In this document: positions 35,347 to 47,452 of the stretch, one piece after another
How the letters are laid out: each line of letters begins with the position of its first letter
Position numbering within the stretch: the first letter of the stretch is position 1
DNA from: an uncultured Nitrospinota bacterium
Lineage (GTDB): Bacteria; Tectomicrobia; Entotheonellia; J063; CAVPRW01
DNA length: 64,000 nucleotides
Assembly: GCA_963707985.1 (NCBI GenBank)
Contig: CAVPRW010000003.1
Span: 64,001-128,000 of the forward strand
Direction: 5' to 3'
The notes under the pieces: generated by a model
Seen by the model: only the letters and a program-made list of their open reading frames with translations
What the model was told of the DNA's origin: nothing
The model's database searches: none
Program-made: the position numbers and the translations under genes

Positions 35347-36576
35347 TCAGAAAGGATAATCTAGCCCAGTGAAGATTGCGACCCCTTCGCTACCCAATCC
35401 AACATCGATCTTGGCGACGATTTGGGAGGCCGCGAGAAAGCGTATCCCACCGCCGATCACCGTCTGGATCTTGCCGGAGCCTAGGTCACTGAAGTTGTGA
35501 AACACTCGTCCGACATCCGCAAATACTGCGAGCTCGATGTCGGTCCGGACGTTGCCGTAGTTGATCTGAAAGACCTTAATGCGCTCCTCGGCGTTAACTA
35601 ACACGCGTCCCTCATCGAGAAAGCGGTTCTCCCCGAACCCCCGCAGCGTCTCATCACCTCCGAGCTCGCTGAGCTCAAAAAATGGTATATTAGGTCCATC
35701 CACGCGATCGAGTAGTCCACGCACCGCCAACACCAGACGCTCACCTAGATGCGGCCACAGCCACCGCCCCTCCAGGCCATAACGAACAAACGATGCCTTA
35801 CTGCCGATCGCCTTGTCAGCCACCTCGACAAATACTTGGCCAAAACGCCCCTGGGTGGGCATGACGAGGGAGTTCCGCGTGTCATAGGTCAGCGCCAGAC
35901 GATGGGCCCAGACAAACGAACCGTCTTCGCCGGGGATGTCTGTAAACACGTCTTGTAGAAACGGCAGCGAGTCCACGGCGCCACGACGAATGGTGACCGA
36001 GCGCAGGCGCTCGGTCAGCGAGGCGGTGAGCTCAGGCATCAGCCGCCGGCCAAAGGTGACCTCTCCCCCGCCCTGACGCAAGGTATAGTTGGTCTCGTTC
36101 GATTCTAGGCTATTGGCCCCGATGCCGTAGAAGCGCGCCGTCCGATCGTTCTCATAGAGGGCGAAGCCTTCAAAGCGATAGCGCGGACCACGCAGGTTGG
36201 GATCAACATAGCGCAGGCGGTAGAAGGCCTGGTTACGCGTCGATTGGGAGACATCTGTATCGAATTTCGTGTTGTGATCGAAGAAGCGTTCATAATGGAC
36301 CGAACCTGCGACACCGAGTAGGGGGTTGTACGTCGCATACGGTACCAAGAGGGAGTGAAAGGCGCCTTCTCGGGCGTCGATGATGGCGAGCAACGCGCCA
36401 TACGTTTGGCGTTCGTTGGGGTCGGTGGTGAAGATCGGCAACGGTACGAACGTCTTGTCTGCGAAGGCGCAAGGTAGTCCCATCAACAGTATGCCGAGCA
36501 GCCAGCAAAGTCCGAGAGAATCCTCCAGGCGGCATACAACCCTATGACGTTTCAGGCGTGATGGGAGCACCCACAT
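35347..36576 (-). CDS. BamA/TamA (Omp85) family outer-membrane barrel protein without POTRA domains
   Basis: YDTRNS, LGGDETLRGFGENRF, FADVGRV, C-terminal DYPF. Confidence 0.88.
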   Translation of the reverse strand: MWVLPSRLKRHRVVCRLEDSLGLCWLLGILLMGLPCAFADKTFVPLPIFTTDPNERQTYGALLAIIDAREGAFHSLLVPYATYNPLLGVAGSVHYERFFDHNTKFDTDVSQSTRNQAFYRLRYVDPNLRGPRYRFEGFALYENDRTARFYGIGANSLESNETNYTLRQGGGEVTFGRRLMPELTASLTERLRSVTIRRGAVDSLPFLQDVFTDIPGEDGSFVWAHRLALTYDTRNSLVMPTQGRFGQVFVEVADKAIGSKASFVRYGLEGRWLWPHLGERLVLAVRGLLDRVDGPNIPFFELSELGGDETLRGFGENRFLDEGRVLVNAEERIKVFQINYGNVRTDIELAVFADVGRVFHNFSDLGSGKIQTVIGGGIRFLAASQIVAKIDVGLGSEGVAIFTGLDYPF

Positions 36577-36586
36577 TCAGCTTCGC

Positions 36587-38764
36587 TCAGCCAGTCTGTG
36601 CGCCGGCCTGTTTCATGCTCAGGGAGATCCGGTTGCGTGCTGCGTCAACCGCGAGCACTTTGACGCGGACGCGGGCGTTTATGGATACCACACTGTGGGG
36701 ATCGGTGACGAAGCTGGAGGAGAGCTCGGAGATATGCACCAAGCCATCTCGATGCACGCCGATGTCGACGAAAGCGCCGAAAGCGGTCACGTTCGTGACC
36801 TTGCCGTTGAGTACCATCCCCAGCTGCAAATCCTTGATGTCGGCGACTTCGGGGTGATAGGCAAAGGACTCCACCGTGGTGCGAGGATCGCGCCCGGGCT
36901 TCTGCAACTCTGTGAGAATATCCTGCACCGTGAGTATGCCCACCCCTGCCGCCGCATCTACAAATGCTTGCGGTTGCAATCGTGAGAGCTGATCGGGATG
37001 CACCATCAGCCCGGCCACGGGGGTTCCTAGACTGTCGGCAATGCGGGTGACGACGTGGTACTGCTCTGGGTGAACCCAGGAGTTGTCCAATGGATTGGCG
37101 CTTTCCGGCACGCGTAGGAAACCTGCTGCCTGCTGAAACGCCTTGTCGCCAAGTTTGGGAACGTCGCGCAATTGCACACGGCTATGGAACGGACCGTGGT
37201 GCTCACGATAGGCGACGATGTTGTGGGCCAGAGCGGGTCCTATCCCGGACACAGCCCGCAACAGCAGCGCTGAAGCCGTGTTCACGTCGACGCCGACGCG
37301 GTTGACGCACGATTCGACGACCTGGTCAAGGGAGATCTGCAGACGCTTGGCATTGACATCGTGCTGGTACTGCCCAACACCCAGCGCTTGGGGCTCGATC
37401 TTGACCAGCTCAGCTAGGGGGTCCTGCAGGCGCCTGGCAATAGAAATGGCGCCACGAATGGTCAGGTCCAAATCGGGGAACTCTTCCTGTGCCACACGCG
37501 AGGCCGAATATACCGAAGCACCATCTTCGTCGACGATCTCCCGCTGAACCTGTGGGCACTGCGGCAGCACATGGGCGGTCAAAAACTGTTCAACTTCACG
37601 ACGGCCTGTGCCGTTGCCGATGGCTAGCACCTCCACACCATGCTGGTCGATGAGGCTCAATATGGCCTGCGCCGCCCCGGCCACATCCTGACGCGGTGGG
37701 TGTGGGTAGATCGTCGTATGGGCGAGGAGCTTTCCGGTGGCATCAATCACCGCCAGCTTGGAGCCGGTGCGCAGGCCAGGGTCGATACCCAGGACTCGTT
37801 TGCCCTTGAGTGGTGGAGCCATCAGGATGGTGCGCAGGTTCTTGGCGAAAATCTGGATGGCGACCTCCTCTGCCTGTGCTGTCAGCTCCGCCCGCACCTC
37901 GCTGGCGAGGGAAGGATGCAATAGCCGTTCATAGGCATCCGCAAAGACGGCACGCAGGAAGAGTGCGGTTGCTGAGGTCGTCTTGGGTGCCAAACGCTGC
38001 TGGATGAAGCCCACTACCTCTGGGCTTGAGTCCTCCAAGGCGGCAGCGATCACGCTCTCGCGCTCAGCACGATTAATCGCCAGCACACGATGCGATGGGA
38101 GTTTGTGAATCGTCTGGGCGAAATCGTAGTAGTCGGCGTACTTGCCCTCGGGATCGGTCGCGCCCTTCTTCACCTTCGTGACCAGCGTGCCCTGTTGCCA
38201 CAGCCGCTTTCGGACCCATTGGCGAATGTCGGCATCGTCAGCGACGTGCTCGGCGATGATATGCCCTGCTCCTTCCAAAGCTTCCTGAATGGTTGATACA
38301 CCGGCCTCAAGGTTGACAAAGGGTTGGGCCACAACATCGAGATCGGTGATCTTGGAGGCGTTGGTGAGGATGGTGGCGGACAGCGGTTCTAGTCCCTTGT
38401 CGCGGGCGATGCTGGCTTTGGTGCGGCGTTTGGGGCGATAGGGCTGGTAGAGGTCCTCCAATTCCTGCTTCGTCGAGCAGCCTGTGATGCGGTCGCGCAG
38501 CTCAGCTGTGAGCTTGCCTGCGGCCTCGATCGTCTCCAGCACCGTGACTTTGCGCGCCTCCAAGTCGCTGACATAGGCATAGCGCTCCTGGATCGTGCGG
38601 ATCTGGTCCTCATCCAGCGCGCCGGTGATCTCTTTGCGATAGCGGGCGATAAACGGCACCGTATTGCCGCCCTCAAGCAGCTCCACAGTGCGGGTCACGT
38701 GTGACGCTTGCAACTGGAGCGCCGTGGCGATGGCCTGGATGATGGAGTCTACGACCCCCGTCAT
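36587..38764 (-). CDS. tex: Tex family RNA-binding transcription accessory protein
   Basis: TVPFIARYRKE, GIDPGLRTG, ARRLQDPLAELVKI, C-terminal S1 domain. Confidence 0.96.
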   Translation of the reverse strand: MTGVVDSIIQAIATALQLQASHVTRTVELLEGGNTVPFIARYRKEITGALDEDQIRTIQERYAYVSDLEARKVTVLETIEAAGKLTAELRDRITGCSTKQELEDLYQPYRPKRRTKASIARDKGLEPLSATILTNASKITDLDVVAQPFVNLEAGVSTIQEALEGAGHIIAEHVADDADIRQWVRKRLWQQGTLVTKVKKGATDPEGKYADYYDFAQTIHKLPSHRVLAINRAERESVIAAALEDSSPEVVGFIQQRLAPKTTSATALFLRAVFADAYERLLHPSLASEVRAELTAQAEEVAIQIFAKNLRTILMAPPLKGKRVLGIDPGLRTGSKLAVIDATGKLLAHTTIYPHPPRQDVAGAAQAILSLIDQHGVEVLAIGNGTGRREVEQFLTAHVLPQCPQVQREIVDEDGASVYSASRVAQEEFPDLDLTIRGAISIARRLQDPLAELVKIEPQALGVGQYQHDVNAKRLQISLDQVVESCVNRVGVDVNTASALLLRAVSGIGPALAHNIVAYREHHGPFHSRVQLRDVPKLGDKAFQQAAGFLRVPESANPLDNSWVHPEQYHVVTRIADSLGTPVAGLMVHPDQLSRLQPQAFVDAAAGVGILTVQDILTELQKPGRDPRTTVESFAYHPEVADIKDLQLGMVLNGKVTNVTAFGAFVDIGVHRDGLVHISELSSSFVTDPHSVVSINARVRVKVLAVDAARNRISLSMKQAGAQTG

Positions 38765-39278
38765 ACCGTCATCCTCTATCAAGTTTGGGGTGATGTGCTG
38801 CCAGCTCTTGCCGTGCTACAGATGAAGAGGCTACCTGGCAGCGTGAAAACGCATAAGGGCACGGCATGCCGTGCCCTTATGCCAAGATTAACAGGAGAGT
38901 CGTACCCTATCATACCTCCCAGCAGGTGTCAATGCGGAGGGCGCAGGCGGGCCGACCAGCATCCACTTGGCCTACGTCCCCCTCCCGTGTGCTAGGATTA
39001 GCATACTGTCAGGGGCTCCCCACTTACCAAACGAATGGCCTGACTGGGACGCCATGGAGGGGCTACCGCCTTGCCACGTCATCGCTGAGTGACCGTATTC
39101 CTGTGCAGTTGCACCCGGATGCGTCCCACCTGACAATTCTGAACCTGTACATGGAGTGGACGATCGAACATGATGCCTATATGACATGGCAACGTCGCAT
39201 CAGCTTCTGCATAGCTTCCCATATTGGTGTTGCTATGTGAGCCCCTAATTATGCCGCGTCTGTGAATCAGCGCTTGCC

Positions 39279-39307
39279 TTGACTTTCGGGGGTAAACGGG
39301 GTAAGCT
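39279..39307 (+). promoter_or_regulatory. Putative sigma70 promoter of the PGI/PMI-lepA-lepB operon
   Basis: TTGACT-17 nt-TAAGCT, 60 nt upstream of the start. Confidence 0.55.
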
Positions 39308-39367
39308 TCGAAAGGCTATCTGCCGTTCAGCGCCACAGGTTGGCGCTCATCATGCTGGAGAACACCT

Positions 39368-40426
39368 ATGGTCGATCTCGACAATCTGGAAGTGCTGCAA
39401 GTCGACCGATCGGGGATACTCGATCTCTTGCTTGATTTGCCTGCACAATTACAGACGGGGGAGCGCCTCGGTCAGAGTGCTGACTTACCGCTGGCCACAG
39501 ACACGCGCGCCGTCGTGGTCACAGGCTTGGGTGGTTCCAGTATCAGTGGCGACTTGTTGCGCTCCTATCTGCATGCGGAATGTCGGATCCCGATCCTGGT
39601 CAACCGGCACTATGGCCTGCCGGGGTTCGTGGGGCCCGAGACGCTGGTTTGTGCGGTGAGCTACTCCGGCAATACGGAGGAGACGCTGAGCGCCGTTGGT
39701 GAGGCACGTGCCCGTGGGGCCAGCGTCTTGGCGGTGACCAGTGGTGGGCAGCTGGCAGAGCTGGCCCATGCCTGGCGGATTCCTTGTGTGCGCGTCACCG
39801 AGGGTATGCCGCCACGCACCACACTGGGATATCTGTTCACTCCGATGGTGGTAATCCTGGCACGGTTGGGGTTGATCTCCGATCAGAGAGCGTCTATCGC
39901 CGAGGCGATCGACGTGTTGCGAGAGCTTGGCGCCCAGTACCGTCCCGGCATCGAGACGTTTCGCAACCTTCCCAAAGCCTTAGCCAGAGACCTCCTCGGC
40001 AGGTTCCCACTCATCTACGGTGTGCAAGACTTCTCTGACGTCGTGGCCTACCGCTGGCGCACCCAGTTTAATGAAAATAGTAAAGTGCTGGCCTCCCATC
40101 AAGCGTTTCCCGAACTGAACCATAACGAGGTGGTCGGCTGGCAAGGGGCGCTTCCAAGCGCGCTGGAACCATGGGTGGTGTTATTGCGCGACGACCAGGA
40201 GTTGGGCAGAATCGCGCAGCAGATCGACATCACCAAAGCCTTCCTGCAGGAGCGCGCTGCCGGCATCACCGAAGTCTGGTCGCAAGGCCAGTCGCGCTTG
40301 GCCCGTCTGGTCTCACTTCTCTACACTGGGGACTTTACCAGTTACTACCTCGCGTTACTGCGCGGCGTCGATCCGAAGCCGGTGGAAGCGATCGATCACC
40401 TGAAAAGTCAGTTGGCCTCCTCGTGA
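39368..40426 (+). CDS. Bifunctional phosphoglucose/phosphomannose isomerase
   Basis: [37 protein letters not shown]. Confidence 0.95.
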   Translation: MVDLDNLEVLQVDRSGILDLLLDLPAQLQTGERLGQSADLPLATDTRAVVVTGLGGSSISGDLLRSYLHAECRIPILVNRHYGLPGFVGPETLVCAVSYSGNTEETLSAVGEARARGASVLAVTSGGQLAELAHAWRIPCVRVTEGMPPRTTLGYLFTPMVVILARLGLISDQRASIAEAIDVLRELGAQYRPGIETFRNLPKALARDLLGRFPLIYGVQDFSDVVAYRWRTQFNENSKVLASHQAFPELNHNEVVGWQGALPSALEPWVVLLRDDQELGRIAQQIDITKAFLQERAAGITEVWSQGQSRLARLVSLLYTGDFTSYYLALLRGVDPKPVEAIDHLKSQLASS

Positions 40427-40436
40427 GCTGCATGGC

Positions 40437-42236
40437 ATGAATCCAGCGCTGATCCGCAATTTTTCCATTATTGCCCACGTCGATCACGGCAAATCAACCC
40501 TGGCCGATCGCTTGCTTGAGTTTACCGGCGCCTTATCATCCCGCGAAATGTCGGCACAGGTCCTGGATCAGATGGACCTGGAGCGCGAGCGTGGCATTAC
40601 GATTAAAGCCCATGCTGTGCGCCTCAATTATTTGGCCCACGATGGCCAAACCTATGTGTTGAACTTGATCGATACCCCTGGCCATGTGGATTTTTCCTAT
40701 GAAGTGTCACGCAGTCTAGCAGCCTGCGAAGGGGCATTATTGGTCGTGGATGCGGCGCAAGGCGTGGAAGCACAGACCGTGGCCAACGCCTATCTGGCGC
40801 TCGAGCATGAGCTCACGCTCGTGCCCATCATCAATAAAATCGATCTGCCGAATGCCGATCCCGATCGCGTCCAAGCTCAGCTTCGAGATGTCATCGGCCT
40901 CGACTCCGATAGCGCCATCCTGGCCAGTGCCAAAGAGGGTATTGGTACCGCAGAGATTCTTGAAGCCATCGTCGAGACGCTGCCGCCCCCGCGAGGGCGT
41001 GCCGAAGATCCGCTCCAAGCCCTTATCGTCGACTCCTGGTTTGACTCCTATCAGGGCGTGATTGTCCTGATTCGCGTCTTCGCGGGTCTGGTGCGACGGG
41101 GTATGCGCATCCGGTTCATGGCCACTGCGAGGGAATACGAGGTTACGGGCCTTGGCGTTTTCACTCCGAAGCCGTACGCCGTCGACGAGTTGACGGCCGG
41201 TGAGGTGGGTTTCCTGATGGCGGGGCTGAAGGAGGTGGGCGATACCAGGGTGGGCGATACGATCACTGCCGTCGAACATCCCACCGACGTGCCTTTGCCA
41301 GGATACAAAGAAGTCAAGCCCATGGTCTTCTGTGGGCTCTACCCTGCCGAGGATAACAGATATGAAGACCTGCGCGACGCCCTTGAAAAGCTACGGCTCA
41401 ACGACTCGGCCTTTTCTTTCGAGCCCGAAACCTCCCTCGCCCTCGGCTTCGGGTTTCGCTGCGGCTTCCTCGGCCTGTTGCACATGGAGATCGTCCAGGA
41501 GCGGCTGGAGCGCGAGTTCGACCTGACTCTGGTGAGTACGGCGCCGACGGTGGTTTATCGTGTGAACAAGACCGACGGCACGATCCTCTCAGTGGACAAT
41601 CCCTCCAAGGTGCCGCCCCCGCAATTCATTGCCAGCATCGAGGAACCCTACATTCTGGGTACGATTCTGACGCCACCGGAATTCCTGGGGGCAATCTTGC
41701 AGTTGGCACAAGAGAAGCGCGGTATCCAGCGTAAGTTGCATTATCCCGAACCCAAGATCGCGCTGCTGACCTATGACTTCCCGCTCAACGAAATGGTGTT
41801 CGATTTCTATGATCGGCTGAAATCGGTTTCCCGTGGCTATGCCTCTTTCGACTATGAGTTCGTGGGCTTTCGTGCGGCCGACCTCGTGAAGCTCGACATA
41901 CTGATTAATGGCGAACCCGTGGATGCGCTCTCGTCGATTATCCACCGGGAGAAAGCCTATTTCTATGGCCGTGATCTGGTCAAGAAGATGCGCGAGGTGA
42001 TTCCGCGCCAGCTGTTCGAAGTCGCCATTCAGGCGGCTATTGGCTCGCGGGTGATCGCCCGTGAAACGGTGGTGCCTTTACGCAAGAACGTCACGGCCAA
42101 GTGTTATGGTGGGGATATTACTCGCAAACGCAAGCTCCTGGAGAAGCAAAAAGAGGGCAAAAGGCGTATGAAGCGTATAGGGCGAGTGGAGATTCCCCAG
42201 GAAGCGTTCGTGGCGGTGTTGCAGGTTGGGCGATAA
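40437..42236 (+). CDS. lepA: Elongation factor 4
   Basis: [51 protein letters not shown]. Confidence 0.99.
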   Translation: MNPALIRNFSIIAHVDHGKSTLADRLLEFTGALSSREMSAQVLDQMDLERERGITIKAHAVRLNYLAHDGQTYVLNLIDTPGHVDFSYEVSRSLAACEGALLVVDAAQGVEAQTVANAYLALEHELTLVPIINKIDLPNADPDRVQAQLRDVIGLDSDSAILASAKEGIGTAEILEAIVETLPPPRGRAEDPLQALIVDSWFDSYQGVIVLIRVFAGLVRRGMRIRFMATAREYEVTGLGVFTPKPYAVDELTAGEVGFLMAGLKEVGDTRVGDTITAVEHPTDVPLPGYKEVKPMVFCGLYPAEDNRYEDLRDALEKLRLNDSAFSFEPETSLALGFGFRCGFLGLLHMEIVQERLEREFDLTLVSTAPTVVYRVNKTDGTILSVDNPSKVPPPQFIASIEEPYILGTILTPPEFLGAILQLAQEKRGIQRKLHYPEPKIALLTYDFPLNEMVFDFYDRLKSVSRGYASFDYEFVGFRAADLVKLDILINGEPVDALSSIIHREKAYFYGRDLVKKMREVIPRQLFEVAIQAAIGSRVIARETVVPLRKNVTAKCYGGDITRKRKLLEKQKEGKRRMKRIGRVEIPQEAFVAVLQVGR

Positions 42237-42272
42237 ATGAACACCCAGTCAAGAGGCTGAGAAGAAGGCAGG

Positions 42273-42974
42273 ATGACCCCGGTGCAGATACTAGACAAAA
42301 CGACAGGCCGGCCGAAATCAGCGGTGCGGGAGTACACCGAGTCGATCATCATTGCCGTTGTGTTGGCCCTGGTGATTCGAACCTTTGTGGTGCAGGCGTT
42401 CAAGATTCCGTCGGGATCGATGGAGGATACGCTTCTCATTGGTGATCATATCCTGGTGAACAAGTTATCCTATGGCCTGCAGATACCCTTGATGAACGTC
42501 AAAGTCCGCGCCTTCGGCCTCATGGGTGAGCCAAACCGGGGAGACATCATTGTCTTTCCCTTTCCTCGTGATCCCTCGCGCGACTTCATCAAGCGCGTCG
42601 TGGGCCTGCCGGGGGACCGCGTTGAGGTGCGTAACCACCGCGCCTACATCAACGGTGAGCCTCTCAAAGAACCCTACGTGAAACTCGATGAGCGGGCCGC
42701 GGCGCATCCCTCGCGCTATAGCCACTGGGGACCTGAAGTGGTCCCGCCTGGTAAACTGTTTGTGATGGGAGATAACCGGGATAACAGCGCGGATGGCCGA
42801 GACTGGGGGTTTCTGGACAGCTCACAGGTGAAAGGACGCGCCTTCATTATCTATTGGTCGTGGGATAGCTCCGAGTCCAAGTTCTTCTGGCTGGGGAATA
42901 TCCCCATCCCCAATCCCAAAGCGGTTCTGCTCGATGGTATTCGTTGGGGTCGCATCGGGAAACTGTTGCAGTAG
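42273..42974 (+). CDS. lepB: Signal peptidase I
   Basis: FKIPSGSM, FIKRVVGLPGD, MGDNRDNSADGR. Confidence 0.97.
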   Translation: MTPVQILDKTTGRPKSAVREYTESIIIAVVLALVIRTFVVQAFKIPSGSMEDTLLIGDHILVNKLSYGLQIPLMNVKVRAFGLMGEPNRGDIIVFPFPRDPSRDFIKRVVGLPGDRVEVRNHRAYINGEPLKEPYVKLDERAAAHPSRYSHWGPEVVPPGKLFVMGDNRDNSADGRDWGFLDSSQVKGRAFIIYWSWDSSESKFFWLGNIPIPNPKAVLLDGIRWGRIGKLLQ

Positions 42975-43118
42975 GCCGTTGGTCTCTCATAGGAAGGCGT
43001 CGTCGTGGGTATGACCGCTGGTAACCTCCACGATCTCAACTTCCGGCTGCCTTTATTGATGATGTGCGACAATCTGTCGAATGCCAGGGGCTTTCGAATT
43101 AGATCCTGAGCCTCCCCT

Positions 43119-44255
43119 ATGATCACACCCAACACCTGGGTAGAGATCGATCGCGCCGCGCTTCTCGCCAATGTCTATACCTGCCGTCAAATCATTGGGC
43201 CATGTTGTCGACTCCTCGCAATGGTGAAAGGCAACGCCTATGGCCATGGATTGTGCGAGACTGCCCAGGTGCTGCTTGACGCCGGCGTCGATATGCTCGG
43301 CGTCGAGGCCGTCGGCGAGGCTGTGACACTCCGGCTGGCCGGAATCACCTGCCCGATGCTCCTGGTGGGACCACTTCCCCCGGCCAATGTTCCCCTGCTT
43401 CTGGCCCATGAGCTCATGCCATTATTGGTGAGTCCAGAACAGGTACAGATGGTGGGGGAGTTCACCCACCAGGTTGCCTGTGAGCTCGACGTCCATCTGA
43501 AATTCGACACTGGCATGCACCGCCAGGGGATCATGCTGCATGAAGTGCCGGTCCTACTCGACTTGCTGGCGAAATACCCCACATTGCACGTCAACGGTGT
43601 GGCGACGCATCTCGCGCGCGCGGACGATGCCGAGCAGCCGGAGTGGACACACCGCCAGCTCGATCGGTTTCACCACATCGTCGCCATGTTAGCCGCAGCC
43701 GGAATTCGTACCCCTGTCCGACACGCGGCGAACAGTGCCGCGGCGCTATTGTGGCCAGAGAGCCATCTCGATATGGTCCGCTTTGGCATTGCGCTCTATG
43801 GCTTCTGGCCTGGACCTGCCGTGCGGCGTGCCAGCGCGGTAGAGCTGATGTTTCGCCCGGTGATGACCTGGAAGACGCGCGTAGCCGCTGTGAAGGAGGT
43901 GGGATGTGGCTGTCATGTGGGCTATGGCGGCAGTTACGTGACGACGCGCGACTCGCATATCGCGGTGCTGCCGCTGGGGTATTATGATGGCTACGGCCGC
44001 AGTCTGTCCAATCGCGGCAAGGTGCTGGTGCACGGACAACGGGCGCCGGTATGTGGCCGGGTGTCGATGAATCTGATGAGCGTCGATGTGACCGATCTTC
44101 CTGGCGTCGAGCCTGGCGATGAAGTGGTGCTCATCGGGCGGCAGGGAATCTCGGCCATCACAGCTGAGGAAATGGCCGCTTGGCTTGAGACGATTCATTA
44201 CGAGGTGACGACTCGCATCAATCCCCTCATTCCACGTATCGTGGTAGGCTCTTAG
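43119..44255 (+). CDS. alr: Alanine racemase
   Basis: AMVKGNAYGHG, DTGMHRQG, HAANSAA, GYYDGY, GRVSMN. Confidence 0.96.
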   Translation: MITPNTWVEIDRAALLANVYTCRQIIGPCCRLLAMVKGNAYGHGLCETAQVLLDAGVDMLGVEAVGEAVTLRLAGITCPMLLVGPLPPANVPLLLAHELMPLLVSPEQVQMVGEFTHQVACELDVHLKFDTGMHRQGIMLHEVPVLLDLLAKYPTLHVNGVATHLARADDAEQPEWTHRQLDRFHHIVAMLAAAGIRTPVRHAANSAAALLWPESHLDMVRFGIALYGFWPGPAVRRASAVELMFRPVMTWKTRVAAVKEVGCGCHVGYGGSYVTTRDSHIAVLPLGYYDGYGRSLSNRGKVLVHGQRAPVCGRVSMNLMSVDVTDLPGVEPGDEVVLIGRQGISAITAEEMAAWLETIHYEVTTRINPLIPRIVVGS

Positions 44256-44549
44256 GGCGATAGATACCTACTCTTGTCTCACCACCTTCACTGGCACAAC
44301 TGGTTTGCCCCCTCGCATCAGCATGACTGAATGAGGCCCCCCACAACAAGGCAGAAAAAACGAACTTTCATGGCTGACGTGACGACGCTGCGCTTGTGAT
44401 TGACTCTCTTTGTCCAAGGAGCTTATACTGCCGCGCAGCTGTTGATCGATCTCGACATTAAGTCCCACCAGCCCTGGGTGCCTAACGGCGCCCGACCTAT
44501 ACCGCTTCATGACGTTGAGCATAGAACCGCATGTGATGAACCGCTGGGG

Positions 44550-45453
44550 ATGACTATGCAGTCCAGAGTCCCACCGTACTTCGATTTTCTCATCGACAGA
44601 TTTCACCATGGTCTGGCCAATCGATTTGTCCATGTGGGACACTGGGATGATCCCCTTTCCCTGACTGCTTGCGAGCCTCTGAGGGTCGAGGACATCGACC
44701 GCGCGGTCGAGAGGCTCACCGAGGTGCTCGTCGAGATGGCCGACCTGCACGCCGGGCAGCGCGTGCTGGACGTAGGCTGTGGGTTCGGTGGGACAGTGCA
44801 GCACATCAATCGACGTTTCGGCAGCATGTCGCTGGTAGGACTCAACATCGATCCGCGTCAGATCGACATCTGTCGACAACTCGAAGCGCTGCATCATAAC
44901 GAGCTCCGATGGGTGGCCGCCGATGCCTGCCAACTCCCCTTCCCCGACCAGAGCTTCGACCGGGTCTTGTGCATCGAAGCGATGTTTCATTTCGCCTCCC
45001 GTCGCACATTCTTCCGCGAGGTGGCACGAGTGCTCCGGCTCGGGAGGAACGCTGGTTGCGTCCGACATCGTTCTGACGGAGTCCGCCAGCCAGGCGGAGG
45101 TGCCAAGGTTGCGTATCGAGGCTCCGCTGCGTGACGGATACGGGCCCTGGCCCGACATCTGGGGGGAAGATGCCGACCACCGCGCGCTTGGCAGTGCCGC
45201 GGGACTGAGCTGCAGCTGCCTGCTGGATGCTACGTTGCAGACGCGCCCGACCCATCGGTTTCTGGTGCCGGACGATGCGGAGGCTGAGAGCGATTCCATC
45301 GATCCCCTGATGCGCGCCGCCATGATGCTGAAATGGTTGCATGACAAGGATTATCTCCAGTACTTGTATATGCGGTTCGACAAACCCACATCGAACGATG
45401 GCAACCAATCCGACTCCGCGCTGGGCCCGACTGAAGATGAGTCGGAATCATAG
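44550..45453 (+). CDS. Class I SAM-dependent methyltransferase (sterol/natural-product type); frameshift ~45045
   Basis: VHVGHWDDP, VLDVGCGFGG, ADACQLPFPDQSFDRVLCIEAMFHF. Continues in the frame ending at 45453. Confidence 0.85.
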
Positions 45454-45497
45454 AGTAGCAGCGCGTTTCCTGTGATCCTAAAGGGGAGGAGACCATC

Positions 45498-46761
45498 GTG
45501 GCTGTAGCCCCGCAAAGCCTGCTCAGACCGGTGGCCATTAGCGCCATGCTCGCCACGGAATGGTGGCACAGCGGGATCACCTACAACCCACTCTCCCGAT
45601 CTATGTACCTCGATCCCTATCCTACCTATGCGGCGCTGCGCGCCAAGGATCCCGTGCATTGGAGTACGCTGGCCCATGCCTGGGTGTTCTCACGCTATGA
45701 GGATGTCGATGCCATCCTGCGCGACCACAAGCGTTTCTCCAACGATGCGCGCAATCGGCACATCCCACAAGGGGCTGCGGTCCGCGACCGCCTTCCCACG
45801 TCGGAGTATGTTTTTCCTGGATCCGCCGGATCACACGCGGTTGCGCGCACTGGTGAGCAAAGCCTTCACCCCAGGAGCTATCGAGGCACTCAAGCCTCAC
45901 TTCCAGGGGATGATGGAGACATTACTGGATCGGATCGAGGATCCAGCCGCGTTCGATGTCATGCAGGCCATCGCCCAGCCACTGTCGGTGCTCACGCTGG
46001 CCAGGCTTCTTGGGGTACCAGAGGAGGATCAGACCAGGTTAGCAGGATGGTCGCACCGCATCGCTCGCACGCTTGAGCCGACGGCCAGAGCAGTGGATGA
46101 CCAGGCAGCTATCCAGGCCGCCTATGGCCTCGACGACTACTTCCACGATATCATCCAAGCGCGGCGTGCACGGCCCCAACCAGACCTGATCAGCGCCCTC
46201 GTCGCAGTCGAAGACGTGGGCGACAAACTCAATCTGAACGAGCTGCTGATGATGTTGCGGCTGCTCCTGGTCGCCGGCCACGAGACAACGACCGACCTCA
46301 TCGGCAACGGTCTGTTGGCGCTCTTGCGTCACCCGCAGCAACAGCACATGCTACGTGAAGATCTTGGTCTGATAGAGTCCGCCGTTGAAGAGTTCCTGCG
46401 CTATGACTCGCCCGTGCAAGTGGACGCGAGGGCCGCCCTGGAGGATATGGAGATCCACGGCCGTCAGATCAAGAAAGGCCAAGGCATCATCCCCCTGATC
46501 GGTTCTGCCAATCGTGATGCAGACGTCTTCAGGCATCCGGAGAGACTGGACATCACGCGCAAGCAGGCCAGCAACATCTCCTTTGGCCGCGGCATCCATT
46601 ATTGCTTGGGGGCGCCATTGGCCAGGCTTGAAGCACGCATCGCCTTCGAGGCGCTGTTGCGGCGGTTTTCGGACATTCGTCTGGCGACGGACCGCCCTCC
46701 CTTCAAGGACAACCTGGCGCTACGCGGCCTCAAGGCGCTTCCGGTCATGGCCAAGCGATGA
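45498..46761 (+). CDS. Cytochrome P450; frameshift ~45780
   Basis: DPYPTYAALR in the first frame; DPPDHTRLR, AGHETT, EEFLRYDSPV and heme motif FGRGIHYCLG in the second. Confidence 0.93.
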
Positions 46762-46847
46762 GCGTCGCGCGAGCCTCGGTGATGTCGTCTGCGAGGTGCG
46801 GCAAGCCAGTATACTCTGGTGTCCATACGCTCTTCGAGGAGGAAGCT

Positions 46848-46901
46848 ATGGAATTCGGCATGCAGTGCTTCCCCGACGTGAAGGCGGAGCTGACCTCCGC
46901 C
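46848..46901 (+). pseudogene. N-terminal stub resembling an LLM-class flavin oxidoreductase
   Basis: GAGGAGG RBS followed by MEFGMQCFPDVKAELTSA, after which the resemblance stops. Confidence 0.4.
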
Positions 46902-46991
46902 ACGCCGCAACCGTTGGCAGGCGGAAAAAGTGCGTGCGAAATGCCGATCCATGGTAGACTAACACCCCATGCGATCGGGAGGAAACAGACC

Positions 46992-47426
46992 ATGACGATG
47001 AGCGACTGGAGCAAGGTAACCCGGCCAATTCCTGTGCCGAATGAGTGGACCAAACCCTTCTGGGAAGCTGCCAAGCAGGGTGTGCTGGCGCTGCAGCATT
47101 GCCAGTCGTGTGGGCACTTCCAGCATCCCCCATACGCGACCTGTGTGAACTGCATATCCACCGACCTCGCGTTCAAACCCGTGCAAGGCAGAGGGACGAT
47201 ATACTCCTACACGATCATGTATCACACCGGTGACCAGCGCTTTACAGCCGCCGTTCCCTATGCGAGCATCATTGTCGAGCTTGACGAAGCAAAAGGGGCG
47301 CTGCTGGCCGGCAATCTGTTGGACGCTCCCTATACGGAGGCGAAGGTGGGGCGTCGCGTTGAGGTCGTCTTCCAAAAGCTGAACGATGATATCACCCTGC
47401 CGCAGTTCCGGCTGGCGAGCGATTAG
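46992..47426 (+). CDS. DUF35 Zn-ribbon/OB-fold protein
   Basis: PFWEAAKQGVLALQHCQSCG...PP...CVNC, GRGTIYSYT. Confidence 0.93.
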   Translation: MTMSDWSKVTRPIPVPNEWTKPFWEAAKQGVLALQHCQSCGHFQHPPYATCVNCISTDLAFKPVQGRGTIYSYTIMYHTGDQRFTAAVPYASIIVELDEAKGALLAGNLLDAPYTEAKVGRRVEVVFQKLNDDITLPQFRLASD

Positions 47427-47452
47427 GTTCGGTCCCAAAGGAGGTCTGTGGT